64,000 nt of DNA, from NCBI GenBank assembly GCA_048571215.1, contig CP182352.1:2976001-3040000 (forward strand). Direction: 5' to 3'. Positions 40,146 to 49,597 of the stretch are shown piece after piece (the stretch's first letter is position 1; each line of letters opens with the position of its first letter). The translations under genes and the position numbers were made by a program. Source of the stretch: Halarcobacter sp. (lineage in GTDB: Bacteria; Campylobacterota; Campylobacteria; Campylobacterales; Arcobacteraceae). The notes below the pieces were generated by a model, which saw only the letters and a program-made list of their open reading frames with translations, made no database searches and had not been told where the DNA came from.

Positions 40146-40594
40146 TGGCTATTTCAGATGAGCTAAGAGAATGGATTGTAGCCAATGATTATGATATTAA
40201 TGATTTAAATGTTCAAGGTAAACATGGCAATTCTGCTGTTATGAAAGCAGCAAGAGAAGGTAATGTAAAACTAGTAAAAGAACTAATTGGCTTAGGAGCA
40301 GATCTTGATTTGAAAAATGTTGATGGAAACTCAGCACTTTGGAATTCATGTTTTGCAAACTCTTATGATTGTTTTCATGCACTTATAGATTCAGGTATAG
40401 ATATTAACTCAGAAAATGTAAATGGAGTAACGGCACTTATGTACTGTGCAAGTGCAGGGAAAGAGGATTTTGTAAAACTACTAATCGATAATAAGGCAAA
40501 AACAGAAGTTGAAAATCTTGATGGATTTAAAGCAATAGATTTAGCAGTAACTCCTAAAATTTTTAAAATGCTAAAGAATGCAAGAGTTTCATAA
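40145..40594 (+). CDS. Ankyrin repeat protein
   Basis: GNSAVMKAAREG, GNSALW, GVTALMYCASAG. Confidence 0.92.
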   Translation: MAISDELREWIVANDYDINDLNVQGKHGNSAVMKAAREGNVKLVKELIGLGADLDLKNVDGNSALWNSCFANSYDCFHALIDSGIDINSENVNGVTALMYCASAGKEDFVKLLIDNKAKTEVENLDGFKAIDLAVTPKIFKMLKNARVS

Positions 40595-41834
40595 TAAAAC
40601 AAATATAACTTTAAAAAATAGCTTCAGTCAAACTCAATTTATTGATTGGAGAACTCAACCTAAAGCTTATAAAGAATATCCAAAGTTTTTTAGAAGATTT
40701 AACCTTGATGACTATGAAGAGTTAAAATTTATAAAAAACTTTGGGAAAATCACTTTTACTAAAAAATATGCCCAAGAAGAGGTAAACTTAAGAACAAATC
40801 CAAGTGCTGGTGGACTATATCCTTGTGAAGTATATATACAGATTAGGGGAATAAAAGGGGTTTTATCTGGTATTTATCATTATGAACCTCTAACAAATCA
40901 ACTTACTTTGATTCATGAGTTAAGTCTTGATGGACTTGAACCCTATTTTAAAGATTTAAAACAACAAAAATTTATTTTCTTACTTAGTTGTGCTTATTTT
41001 AGAAGCTCTTGGAAATATGAAAAAAGAGCTATAAGATATCTACTTTTAGATACAGGTCATCAAATTGCTTCTATTTATAGTGCCTTAAAACTTGCAAAAA
41101 TAGAAAATACTTTATGTTTTAATTTTGATAAAAAGCTTTTAAACAAGGATTTTGGTTTTGAAGATAGTGAATTCTTTTTATCTTCCCTTCTTAGCAGTTC
41201 ACATAAAGATTATGAATGTAAAAAAAGTTTAAGAGAAAAAATAGTTAGTGTTTCACCTTGCGATTATCAGATAAAAGAGCCTTTTATAGAAGAGTTTTAT
41301 AGAAAATCTTTAGAAAAAAGTGCAGAAAATATAAACTTAGCAAACTTTCTTAATGATTTAGATGAGGATCAACTTCAAAAAGCTATTGACAATAGGCGCT
41401 CAATAAGAGCTTTTAAAAAAGAGTCTATAAAAAAAGAGGAATATGAGTTTATAATAAAAGATATATTCGAATATGCAAAATCTTTTAACATAGAGATATA
41501 TCTAATAAACAACAATATAGAAACTATACAGAAAGGATGTTACAAAAATGTAACATTGCAAGAGAAGGGCGATTTTCAAGAGCTTGCAACAAAACTTGCA
41601 TTTAATCAAAAGCTAGCAGGGAATAGTGCCTTTACCCTAATATATACCTCAAATGAGAAAGAAAACTATATAAGAAATTATATTTTATGTGGTTTTTTAG
41701 CACATATTATTCATCTTAAAGCGACTCATCTAAAGCTTGGGTGTAGTGGCATCGGGGCATATTTTGATGACGAATGTAAAAGATTTTGCAAAACACAGAA
41801 TAATATACTTTACCTACAGGCGGTTGGAAAATGA
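40578..41834 (+). CDS. SagB/ThcOx-type tandem nitroreductase-family flavoprotein
   Basis: DW..QP...KEYP, LRTNPSAGGLYP.E, RSSWKY..RA.RY..LD.GH, RRSIR, GCSGIGAYFD. Confidence 0.88.
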   Translation: MQEFHNKTNITLKNSFSQTQFIDWRTQPKAYKEYPKFFRRFNLDDYEELKFIKNFGKITFTKKYAQEEVNLRTNPSAGGLYPCEVYIQIRGIKGVLSGIYHYEPLTNQLTLIHELSLDGLEPYFKDLKQQKFIFLLSCAYFRSSWKYEKRAIRYLLLDTGHQIASIYSALKLAKIENTLCFNFDKKLLNKDFGFEDSEFFLSSLLSSSHKDYECKKSLREKIVSVSPCDYQIKEPFIEEFYRKSLEKSAENINLANFLNDLDEDQLQKAIDNRRSIRAFKKESIKKEEYEFIIKDIFEYAKSFNIEIYLINNNIETIQKGCYKNVTLQEKGDFQELATKLAFNQKLAGNSAFTLIYTSNEKENYIRNYILCGFLAHIIHLKATHLKLGCSGIGAYFDDECKRFCKTQNNILYLQAVGK

Positions 41835-42130
41835 GTAAGGAAACATATGTAAATCTATTTAAAAAATATAACTTATACAGAAGTGATATTTATATGTTAA
41901 CCAAAATAAATACAGCAGATATATTTTTTCTCTTTGAAGATGTTTGTGAAGAGCTAGTTGAACAAAGAGCGATAAATAGACAGTTACCACCTGAGTTTAT
42001 AAACAATGCAAAACTATTTGTAGGACAAAATACTTTTATAAATGTATATTTTGCAGATATTGATAATAGAGCTTTCTTTTTAAGTGACCTTATTGATTTT
42101 TTAGCCTTGATAAGAAGTAAACAAAAATAG
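41831..42130 (+). CDS. Hypothetical protein, 99 aa
   Basis: ATGA overlap with upstream gene. Confidence 0.7.
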   Translation: MSKETYVNLFKKYNLYRSDIYMLTKINTADIFFLFEDVCEELVEQRAINRQLPPEFINNAKLFVGQNTFINVYFADIDNRAFFLSDLIDFLALIRSKQK

Positions 42131-42141
42131 TATTTGTTTAT

Positions 42142-42157
42142 GGAACAACATTTGCAT
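42142..42157 (+). promoter_or_regulatory. sigma54 promoter of nifX operon (GGAACAACATTTGCAT)
   Basis: GG-N10-GC. Confidence 0.85.
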
Positions 42158-42187
42158 ATATATAAGGAAATTTATGAGGATAATGCC

Positions 42188-42583
42188 ATGAGTAATATAA
42201 AAATAACATCGAATGATTCTACTGAAGGGTCAATCAAAGTAGCATTTGCAACTAAAGAATTAGAGATGATAGATTCTCACTTTGGAAGTGCAAAACAGTT
42301 TGCTGTTTACGACGTAAGCAAAGACTCAATTAGTTTAAGTGAAATCAGAAAAGTGGAAGAAAAAGACACTGATAAAACTGTTGCTTTACTAAGTGGTGTG
42401 GATATAGTTTACTTCACAAACATTGGTGCTATTGCAGCAGCAAAACTTATTAACTCTGGAATATTTACTATCAAATATAAAGAAGAAGTGAGTATCAAAG
42501 AGGAGCTGGATAAATTAAAAGAGATGTTAAATACTAATCCTCCACCTTTTATCAAAAAAATAATTGCAAAAAAGGCTGCATAA
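42188..42583 (+). CDS. nifX: NifX
   Basis: IKVAFAT....IDSHFGSAKQFAVY, IGAIAAA, PPPF; GAGG SD before ATG 42188. Confidence 0.85.
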   Translation: MSNIKITSNDSTEGSIKVAFATKELEMIDSHFGSAKQFAVYDVSKDSISLSEIRKVEEKDTDKTVALLSGVDIVYFTNIGAIAAAKLINSGIFTIKYKEEVSIKEELDKLKEMLNTNPPPFIKKIIAKKAA

Positions 42584-43020
42584 TGGAACACAATTTTAAA
42601 GAGATTTTTATGACTACACTTGTTGGTCAAGTAAGAGCACTAGACCAATTTGGTACTTGGGCAAATAAATCTGATGAAGATATTTTAAGTGAAAAATATG
42701 TTAAATCAAAAGAACAATTAAAAGAGATACCAATTATTGCAGATATTGATGAGATGCAAACACAAGATATTAGACTTATTTACCAAGCAGTAGCTTTAGC
42801 TTTTGAGAAGATTACAGGGATAATGTGCTCAGTAGTTATGGAGATGAGCCATGAAGGTTTTGGTAGAGTGGTTGTATATACTGATAAAATTGTATTATGC
42901 ACAAAATCGTTTAAAGATGCCCATAGATTTTCATTTAGAAGTTTTGAAAAACTAGAGGAAGAGGGAGAGAAGAACCTCGCAAAAGCGATAGAGATTTATA
43001 ACAAATATAAAAACGTATAA
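42583..43020 (+). CDS. NifX-associated nitrogen fixation protein (DUF269)
   Basis: RALD.FGTW, IPIIAD, MSHEGFGR, DAHRF.F. Confidence 0.9.
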   Translation: MEHNFKEIFMTTLVGQVRALDQFGTWANKSDEDILSEKYVKSKEQLKEIPIIADIDEMQTQDIRLIYQAVALAFEKITGIMCSVVMEMSHEGFGRVVVYTDKIVLCTKSFKDAHRFSFRSFEKLEEEGEKNLAKAIEIYNKYKNV

Positions 43021-43034
43021 GGAGAAAATAAAAA

Positions 43035-43556
43035 ATGGCAAGTGTAGGAATTTTTTGTGGAACAGCTGGTGGTACTTCTATGGTAGTTGCAGAAGCATTA
43101 GCAGAGGCATTTGAGGTAGAAGAGGATGCTTTAATAAATATGGAAGAAGATTTTGATGATATTGAACAATTTGAAGATTTTGATGTTCTATTCATCGGAA
43201 GTTCAACTTGGGGACAAGGAGATGTTCACTTTTCTTGGGTAGATGCTTTATTAGAAATGGAAGATGAAGAAGTTGATTTATCTGGAAAAACTGTTGCATT
43301 TTTTGGAGCAGGAGATTGTAAAAAACATGGAGAGCATTTTTGTTCAGCTTTAGGAAAACTTCATAAAACATTTACAGATCTTGGTGCAAAAGCTGTAGGT
43401 TTCGTAGATGCAAGTGGTTATAACTATGAATATTCATTAGCTGAAATGGATGGTAAACTTTGTGGTTTAGCAATAGACCAACACAATGAAGAAGAAAAAA
43501 CAGAAGAGAGAGTAGAAAATTGGGTCAACCAATTAAAAAAGGAAATCTCTTTATAA
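43035..43556 (+). CDS. nifF: Long-chain flavodoxin (NifF-like)
   Basis: GIFCGTAGGT, STWGQG, VAFFGAGD, GLAID. Confidence 0.88.
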   Translation: MASVGIFCGTAGGTSMVVAEALAEAFEVEEDALINMEEDFDDIEQFEDFDVLFIGSSTWGQGDVHFSWVDALLEMEDEEVDLSGKTVAFFGAGDCKKHGEHFCSALGKLHKTFTDLGAKAVGFVDASGYNYEYSLAEMDGKLCGLAIDQHNEEEKTEERVENWVNQLKKEISL

Positions 43557-43569
43557 TAAAGGATTTATA

Positions 43570-43908
43570 ATGAAATCTTTAAATGATTTTGAAGAGTGCA
43601 GAGATGCAGAAGATTTTTTCAAATTTTTTGATATTAAATTTGATCAAAGCTTAGTAAATGTAAAAAGATTCCATATGATGAAAGAGTATGGAAATCTTAT
43701 TAAAAGAGGTATGAATAATATTGAAGGTGAAGATAAAAAACTTGAGTTTTTAAAATTTTCTCTTCTTAGAGTTTATGGAGACTATGTAAATGGTCATGCA
43801 CCAAGTGCAGCAGATGTTTGGAACATGTACGAAACTGGTAAACTTGAAGGTTGTTCTTCATGTGCTCCAGCTACAGGAAGTTCTCAAGGGGGAAGCTGTG
43901 GGTGTTAA
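43570..43908 (+). CDS. nifW: Nitrogenase-stabilising protein NifW
   Basis: AEDFF.FF.I.FD...VNV.R.H...LL..Y.DY. Confidence 0.85.
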   Translation: MKSLNDFEECRDAEDFFKFFDIKFDQSLVNVKRFHMMKEYGNLIKRGMNNIEGEDKKLEFLKFSLLRVYGDYVNGHAPSAADVWNMYETGKLEGCSSCAPATGSSQGGSCGC

Positions 43909-44302
43909 TCATAAAGATATCGTTGATTCAGAAACTTTTTTACATGATAATGTAACGGCTGGTAGATCTGGAAAAGATGAAGATGAAGCAAAATTTGGTA
44001 TAGGACAAAAAGTAAAACTTATCAAAGATGTTGTAAATGATGGAACATATCCACATGCAGCTATTGGTACCCTTATGATGCCTGCTGGCTCTATTGGGTA
44101 TATCAAATCTGTTGGTGAGTTTTTACAAGTAATCAGAGTATATGAAGTTCATTTTTTTGGTGTAGTAGATACACCTGTAGAAATAGTTGGCTGTAGAGAA
44201 CATGAACTAGAAGCTATGGAAGATTACAGAGATGAAGTTGAAGAAGAACTTGAATTTATGAGAAAACATAGAGAAAAGTACTACAACAAAGAAAATAAGT
44301 AG
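43898..44302 (+). CDS. nifZ: NifZ
   Basis: F.IGQKV.....V.NDGTYP....G...G..GY...VG.FLQ...Y.VHF...VGCRE.EL; probable GTG start at 43898. Confidence 0.9.
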   Translation: MGVNHKDIVDSETFLHDNVTAGRSGKDEDEAKFGIGQKVKLIKDVVNDGTYPHAAIGTLMMPAGSIGYIKSVGEFLQVIRVYEVHFFGVVDTPVEIVGCREHELEAMEDYRDEVEEELEFMRKHREKYYNKENK

Positions 44303-44310
44303 GATTGAAT

Positions 44311-44364
44311 AAAACCAAGTCAAATGAAAGAATTCAGAAGAATTCTTTCGTATGGCTTGGTTTT
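44311..44364 (+). other. Long intergenic stem-loop (54 nt) after nifZ
   Basis: aaaaccaagtca-aat-gaaagaattc-agaa-gaattctttc-gta-tggcttggtttt. Confidence 0.7.
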
Positions 44365-44393
44365 GTTACCAATCTAAAAAAAAGGAGAAGAAT

Positions 44394-44738
44394 ATGGCAA
44401 GAGTTATTTTCATGCATTTTGATACTGCAACTGACGGTGTTTATGATGCAAAAATCGGTGAACCTATTGTTAGGTTAGCAAAAGAGAAAGGTGTTCCAGT
44501 ACCTTCAGATACTACAGATTATTCTAAAAGTTTAATTTATGTTGAGAATCTTTCAGATGAAGAACCTACAAGTTATATGGAAGATGAAGAATTAGATGTA
44601 TTAGTTGAACTTGGAGCTATTTCAAAAGAAGAGGCAGACCAATGTCAACAATTTACAATCAGCCCAAAAGTTAGAATTGCACCAATGATGTTAATCAAAG
44701 GTGATATCTTAGTTAAACCATATAAATTAAAAAAATAA
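44394..44738 (+). CDS. FeSII (Shethna protein II)-like ferredoxin-fold protein lacking cluster cysteines
   Basis: SD AAGGAG, ATG 44394; aligns by eye end to end to A. vinelandii FeSII (recalled sequence) but the CxxxxCxxC...C ligands are absent. Confidence 0.65.
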   Translation: MARVIFMHFDTATDGVYDAKIGEPIVRLAKEKGVPVPSDTTDYSKSLIYVENLSDEEPTSYMEDEELDVLVELGAISKEEADQCQQFTISPKVRIAPMMLIKGDILVKPYKLKK

Positions 44739-44747
44739 GGAAAAAAA

Positions 44748-45044
44748 ATGACAACTAGAGTAGAAATAATTAACGATTTTTTAGCAATTAATGTTAAACC
44801 AGGAAGTACAATTCAAGATGTAGTTGAAGCTTCAGGTTCAGCTTTACCATTTGGATGTAGAGATGGTGAATGTGGTACTTGTGTAGTTGAAGTTGAACAA
44901 GGTATGGAATTTTTATCTGAAATCAATGAAAAAGAAGTAAAAGTAATCAAAGAAGCATGCGCTGGAACTTGTACTGATAACACAAGACTTTCATGTCAAA
45001 TGAAAATCGTTAAACCAAACGGTGTAGTTAGAATTAAGTACTAA
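44748..45044 (+). CDS. [2Fe-2S] ferredoxin
   Basis: PFGCRDGECGTC...RLSCQ. Confidence 0.92.
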   Translation: MTTRVEIINDFLAINVKPGSTIQDVVEASGSALPFGCRDGECGTCVVEVEQGMEFLSEINEKEVKVIKEACAGTCTDNTRLSCQMKIVKPNGVVRIKY

Positions 45045-45097
45045 AAAGTATACAGTTTTCACCCAAAATATACAATTATTTTGGGTAGAATACTGTT

Positions 45098-46348
45098 ATG
45101 GCACCAACATTAACAACATCAGTTGCTCAAAAGCAAAATTTAAATTTATCACTAAAATTGTGGCTTCCAATGCTACAATCATCTTTACAAGACCTAGAGA
45201 AACATCTAAAAAATGTATCCTATGAGAATCCATTTTTAGAAATAAAAAAACCAAAAGAATTTTATAATAATTTTATGCCACAAGGAACAAGTGGAGAGTT
45301 CATTGAATCTATGGCTTTATATGCTGAATCATTAAATGATGTGATAACTGATCAAATCTGTGCACCAAACTTTCCAACACCAAATTCACAAAAAGTTGCA
45401 TTTGAAATATTATGCGATTTAAATGAAGAGGGATATTTTGAAGGGGATATAGAAGAAATAGCCTATAATTGTGGAGTTTATAAAGAGTATGTGGAATCGA
45501 TTAGACAAAGATTTTCAAGACTTGAACCAAGTGGAGTAGGGGCTATAAATTTAGCTGAATCATTTTTATTTCAACTTGATGCTTGTGATAAACAAATAGA
45601 TGACGAACTATATAATTTTATTAAAAAAATCATAAAAGATATAGCTCATTTAGATAAATATGCAGCACATCATAGATTTGATGATGCAAAAGATGTAATA
45701 AAATACTTTAATAATCCCCCCGCAATAGATTATTTAAACACTAATATACAAGTAATCCCTGACTTCTTTGTGGAGATTGGTGAAGATATAAATATAAAAA
45801 TCAATAATGCCTATTATCCAGATATAGAGGTAAAAGATCCATTTAATTCTAAAAATGAATCAATAAAAGAGAAACTAAAAGAAGCAAGGGATTTAGTAAA
45901 CCTCTTAAATCTTAGAAAATCAACCCTATATAAGATAGTACTTTTAATTGTTGAAAAACAAATTGGATACTTTGTGGGTGGAGAGTTAAGACCTTATTCT
46001 ATGCAAGAGTTAGCAGCAGAATTAGGTTTTGCAGAATCAACAATAAGTAGGGCAGTTGCAAATAAATATATTGAATGTAGTAACCTAGGTGTTCTTCCAT
46101 TAAAACACTTCTTTACAAATGCAGTCAATAACAAAGACTTATCATCTTCACAAATAAAAAGTTATATTAAAAGTTTAGTAGATTATGAAAATAGGGAAGA
46201 GCCCTTAACAGACCAACATATATTAGATTCAATTCAAGATAAATTTGACTTAAAGATGGTTAGACGAACAATTACAAAATATAGAAAAATGCTAAATATC
46301 CCATCTTCAAAAGAGAGAAAAAAACTCTACAAAGTAGAAAATTTATAA
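45098..46348 (+). CDS. rpoN: RNA polymerase sigma-54 factor
   Basis: Region I Q/L-rich with ENPFLE; EGYF, EPSGVGA, ESTISRAVANKY, RpoN box VRRTITKYR. Confidence 0.95.
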   Translation: MAPTLTTSVAQKQNLNLSLKLWLPMLQSSLQDLEKHLKNVSYENPFLEIKKPKEFYNNFMPQGTSGEFIESMALYAESLNDVITDQICAPNFPTPNSQKVAFEILCDLNEEGYFEGDIEEIAYNCGVYKEYVESIRQRFSRLEPSGVGAINLAESFLFQLDACDKQIDDELYNFIKKIIKDIAHLDKYAAHHRFDDAKDVIKYFNNPPAIDYLNTNIQVIPDFFVEIGEDINIKINNAYYPDIEVKDPFNSKNESIKEKLKEARDLVNLLNLRKSTLYKIVLLIVEKQIGYFVGGELRPYSMQELAAELGFAESTISRAVANKYIECSNLGVLPLKHFFTNAVNNKDLSSSQIKSYIKSLVDYENREEPLTDQHILDSIQDKFDLKMVRRTITKYRKMLNIPSSKERKKLYKVENL

Positions 46349-46377
46349 AATAGATTCTCCCTAGAGGGAAAGAAAAA

Positions 46378-47037
46378 TTATATTTCCCCTAGAGTTCCAC
46401 CTATTCTTGCAAAAAGAATTAAATATGCCATATCAACTGATCTATCAGCAATTTTTTCATTTTTTCTTAATACATTTAAAATCTTAGTAAATTTACCAAA
46501 ATCTTCAATTTTTTTATCTAAAGAGAAAATATGACTTTGGAAAATATTATATTGTTCATCAGTTCTTTTTTCTGCTTCAATAACTTTATCAAAATTTGTT
46601 TTTACCTCATCCTCTTCACACTCAATCATGGCAATAACACCTTCTAAACACTCTATTGTAGATTTATGTAAAGGCATTGCATATTTTTCCAAATCATCTT
46701 TGCTTATACAGTTGCAATAAACTTCAAAAGTTTTTATATAACTTCTTGTATTTGCAGCTGCTCTTTGAAGTTCATTTGAAACTTTAAAAAAAGATACAAC
46801 ATGTCTTAAGTCTGTAGCTTCGGGGGTAAAAAGTGCTAAGGTTTTTATAACAACATTATCCATAACAACTACTTTTTGAGAGATGTTATTTAGCTTCTCT
46901 TCTGCATTAGATAACATAGAAACATCACATTCTTTTAAGGCTTCTAAAATAATCTTATTAGAAGAGAGGATATTTTTAGCTATCTGTAGTACCACACTAT
47001 TTATTATCTCTAAGTGTTCTTCATATTTTTTTAACAT
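46378..47037 (-). CDS. phoU: Phosphate transport regulator PhoU
   Basis: P.A.DLR, E..RAA, EKIADR repeats; last gene of pst operon. Confidence 0.85.
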   Translation of the reverse strand: MLKKYEEHLEIINSVVLQIAKNILSSNKIILEALKECDVSMLSNAEEKLNNISQKVVVMDNVVIKTLALFTPEATDLRHVVSFFKVSNELQRAAANTRSYIKTFEVYCNCISKDDLEKYAMPLHKSTIECLEGVIAMIECEEDEVKTNFDKVIEAEKRTDEQYNIFQSHIFSLDKKIEDFGKFTKILNVLRKNEKIADRSVDMAYLILFARIGGTLGEI

Positions 47038-47819
47038 TAACCAAATCTCCCTGTAATGTAATCTTCTGTTTGTTTCATTTGAGGATTAATAAAAATCTCA
47101 TCAGTTCTGTTATACTCAATAAGCTCTCCAAGATACATAAATGCTGTAAAATCACTTATTCTAGATGCTTGTTGCATATTGTGAGTAACAATTGCGATAC
47201 TAACTTCTTTTCTTAGCTCAACAATCAACTCTTCAATAGCAGCAGTTGATATTGGGTCAAGGGCAGATGTTGGTTCATCAAACAATAACAAATCAGGTTT
47301 AACAGCAACAGCCCTTGCAATACACAGTCTTTGTTGTTGTCCACCACTTAGTCCCATTGCATTATTGTTTAATCTATCTGAGACTTCGTTCCATAAAGCA
47401 CTACCTTTTAAGGCTTCTTCAACTTTATCCTTCAACTCTGTTTTATTCTTTACACCCGCTATTTTCAGACCATATGCTACATTATCAAAAATACTCATAG
47501 GGAAAGGAGTTGGTTTTTGAAATATCATCCCAACTCTTTGTCTAAGTTTAATAAAATGATTCTCTTTTTTTACATCTAAAATATTTTCCATTTTTTTTGT
47601 TTTAGAATTTAAAAGCATCAATTTACCCTCATATTTATTATTTGGATATAGATCATGAATTCTATTTAATGACCTAAGTAGGGTTGACTTACCACATCCA
47701 CTAGGACCAATAAGTGCTGTTATTTTCCCCTTTTTAATTGGTAAATTAATATCCTTTAAAGATTTTTCAGCTGAACCAGCATAGGTAAAACTGAAATTTT
47801 CTACATTCATAATTGACAT
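47037..47819 (-). CDS. pstB: Phosphate ABC transporter ATPase
   Basis: [47 protein letters not shown]. Confidence 0.97.
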   Translation of the reverse strand: MSIMNVENFSFTYAGSAEKSLKDINLPIKKGKITALIGPSGCGKSTLLRSLNRIHDLYPNNKYEGKLMLLNSKTKKMENILDVKKENHFIKLRQRVGMIFQKPTPFPMSIFDNVAYGLKIAGVKNKTELKDKVEEALKGSALWNEVSDRLNNNAMGLSGGQQQRLCIARAVAVKPDLLLFDEPTSALDPISTAAIEELIVELRKEVSIAIVTHNMQQASRISDFTAFMYLGELIEYNRTDEIFINPQMKQTEDYITGRFG

Positions 47820-47824
47820 AAATA

Positions 47825-48631
47825 TTATCCTTTATTTCTTGTTATATATCTTCCCATAAGATTAATTAGTAAAACTAAAACTGTTAAAATAAATGAAGCT
47901 GCCCATGCTAAATCCCTACTTGCTTGCACTGGGTCATTTGCTAAGTCATATATACTTACAGTTAAAGAGGGGAAAGATTCTGTTAAATCTAAAGTGAAAT
48001 AGTTACTTGTTCCACTTGTAAAAAGTAAGGGTGCAGTTTCTCCGATGATTCTTGCAAAGGAGAGTAATAATCCTGTCATAATACCAACTTTTGCAGCTTT
48101 AATGATAATATCTAAAATAACTCTATATTTACTTGCACCAATTGCTATTCCAGCTTCTCTAAGTTCAGTTGGAACAAGACTTAGCATATTATCAGTAGTA
48201 TTAATTACAATTGGTATCATCATTATTGCTAAAGCTATACTTCCAGCAAATCCACTTGAACCACCACTTGGAATAACAATAACAGCATAAACAAATGCAC
48301 CAATTACAATTGATGGAGCACTAACCATAATGTCATTTAAGTCTCTAACTAAAACTGTAAACCTACTGTTATATCCATACTCTTGAAGAAAAATACCTGC
48401 TAAAACTCCTATTGGAATACCAATCAATGAAGCTAATCCAGCCATAATAAATTGACCAATAATCAAGTTTCTTAATCCATTTGAGATTAAATCATCAATA
48501 AATAAACCAAAATGAAAAGATGTAATACCTTTTAAAAATAAGGTTATTAATATCCATGCTAAAAAAGCAAGCCCAATAAGAGCTGACAATATTGCTAAAG
48601 ATAATACAAATTTATTTATCAATAGTCTCAT
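47825..48631 (-). CDS. pstA: Phosphate ABC transporter permease PstA
   Basis: [23 protein letters not shown]. Confidence 0.95.
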   Translation of the reverse strand: MRLLINKFVLSLAILSALIGLAFLAWILITLFLKGITSFHFGLFIDDLISNGLRNLIIGQFIMAGLASLIGIPIGVLAGIFLQEYGYNSRFTVLVRDLNDIMVSAPSIVIGAFVYAVIVIPSGGSSGFAGSIALAIMMIPIVINTTDNMLSLVPTELREAGIAIGASKYRVILDIIIKAAKVGIMTGLLLSFARIIGETAPLLFTSGTSNYFTLDLTESFPSLTVSIYDLANDPVQASRDLAWAASFILTVLVLLINLMGRYITRNKG

Positions 48632-49545
48632 TTTTTAACCCTTTTTAGAAAATAAAATTTGGCAATAGAGATAACAATAAAACTAATAATAAATAGTAAA
48701 AATGCCAAATAAAATAAAGATGAAGCTCCAAGTCCCGAGGCTTCTCCAAAATTGTTAGCAAGTGCGACAGGTATAGAGATGGTAGGTGAGTTAATAGCTT
48801 TTGGAAGTTCAAATACAGAACCAATCAAAAAGGCTACTGCCATAGTTTCTCCTAAAGCTCTTCCTAATGCCAAAATAATTGAACCTATAATACCAACCTT
48901 TGAATAAGGGAATATTACATCTTTTATAACTTCAAACTTTGTTGCACCTAAAGCATAAGCAGATTCTTTTAATATATCAGGAGTAGTATTCATACTATCT
49001 CTGGTAATTGCAGCCATAAAAGGTAAAATCATAACTCCAAGAACCAATCCCGCTGTTAATAAGGAGACTTGATATCCACCCACAATATCTTGTATTATAG
49101 GAGCAAAGTAAAATAATCCCCACATACCAAATATAATACTTGGGATTGCTGCTAACAATTCTATTGCAATTCCTACAATATTTGAGATGTTTTTGGGAGC
49201 AATTTCTGCTAAGAATACAGCAATACCCATAGAGATAGGTAAAGCAAATATGATTGCAATTAATGTTGACAATAAGGTACCAATTATAGGGATTAAACCA
49301 CCATAAATTGTTTTTGTAGGTTCTTGATCTGGGAAAAGACTATATTCACTTACACTTCCACGCGTAGCCATTTCCTCTTTTGTCAAAGGAACCTCTTGTT
49401 GCCATGAGGGGTCTGTAATAAAACCTAAACCAAATTCATTGATTGCATCTTTTGAAGATATAAAAAGAGTAATAAATATACCAATTAGTATTATTAGTAC
49501 AATTGAGGCGCTTAATAAAGAGATGTTTTTAAAAAATTTTTCCAT
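48628..49545 (-). CDS. pstC: Phosphate ABC transporter permease PstC
   Basis: ELLAAIPSIIFGMWG, GRALGETMAV. Confidence 0.95.
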   Translation of the reverse strand: MEKFFKNISLLSASIVLIILIGIFITLFISSKDAINEFGLGFITDPSWQQEVPLTKEEMATRGSVSEYSLFPDQEPTKTIYGGLIPIIGTLLSTLIAIIFALPISMGIAVFLAEIAPKNISNIVGIAIELLAAIPSIIFGMWGLFYFAPIIQDIVGGYQVSLLTAGLVLGVMILPFMAAITRDSMNTTPDILKESAYALGATKFEVIKDVIFPYSKVGIIGSIILALGRALGETMAVAFLIGSVFELPKAINSPTISIPVALANNFGEASGLGASSLFYLAFLLFIISFIVISIAKFYFLKRVKK

Positions 49546-49567
49546 ATTATACCCATAATTTAAGATT

Positions 49568-49590
49568 ACATAAGCCCAAAAGGCTTATGT
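49568..49590 (-). terminator. Hairpin between pstS and pstC (terminator/mRNA stabiliser)
   Basis: acataagcc-caaaa-ggcttatgt. Confidence 0.6.
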
Positions 49591-49597
49591 CTTAAAA

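Noticed and set aside
40578..41834. Possible RiPP (azole) cluster around the SagB-like gene
   Set aside because: No YcaO, E1-like protein or precursor peptide nearby
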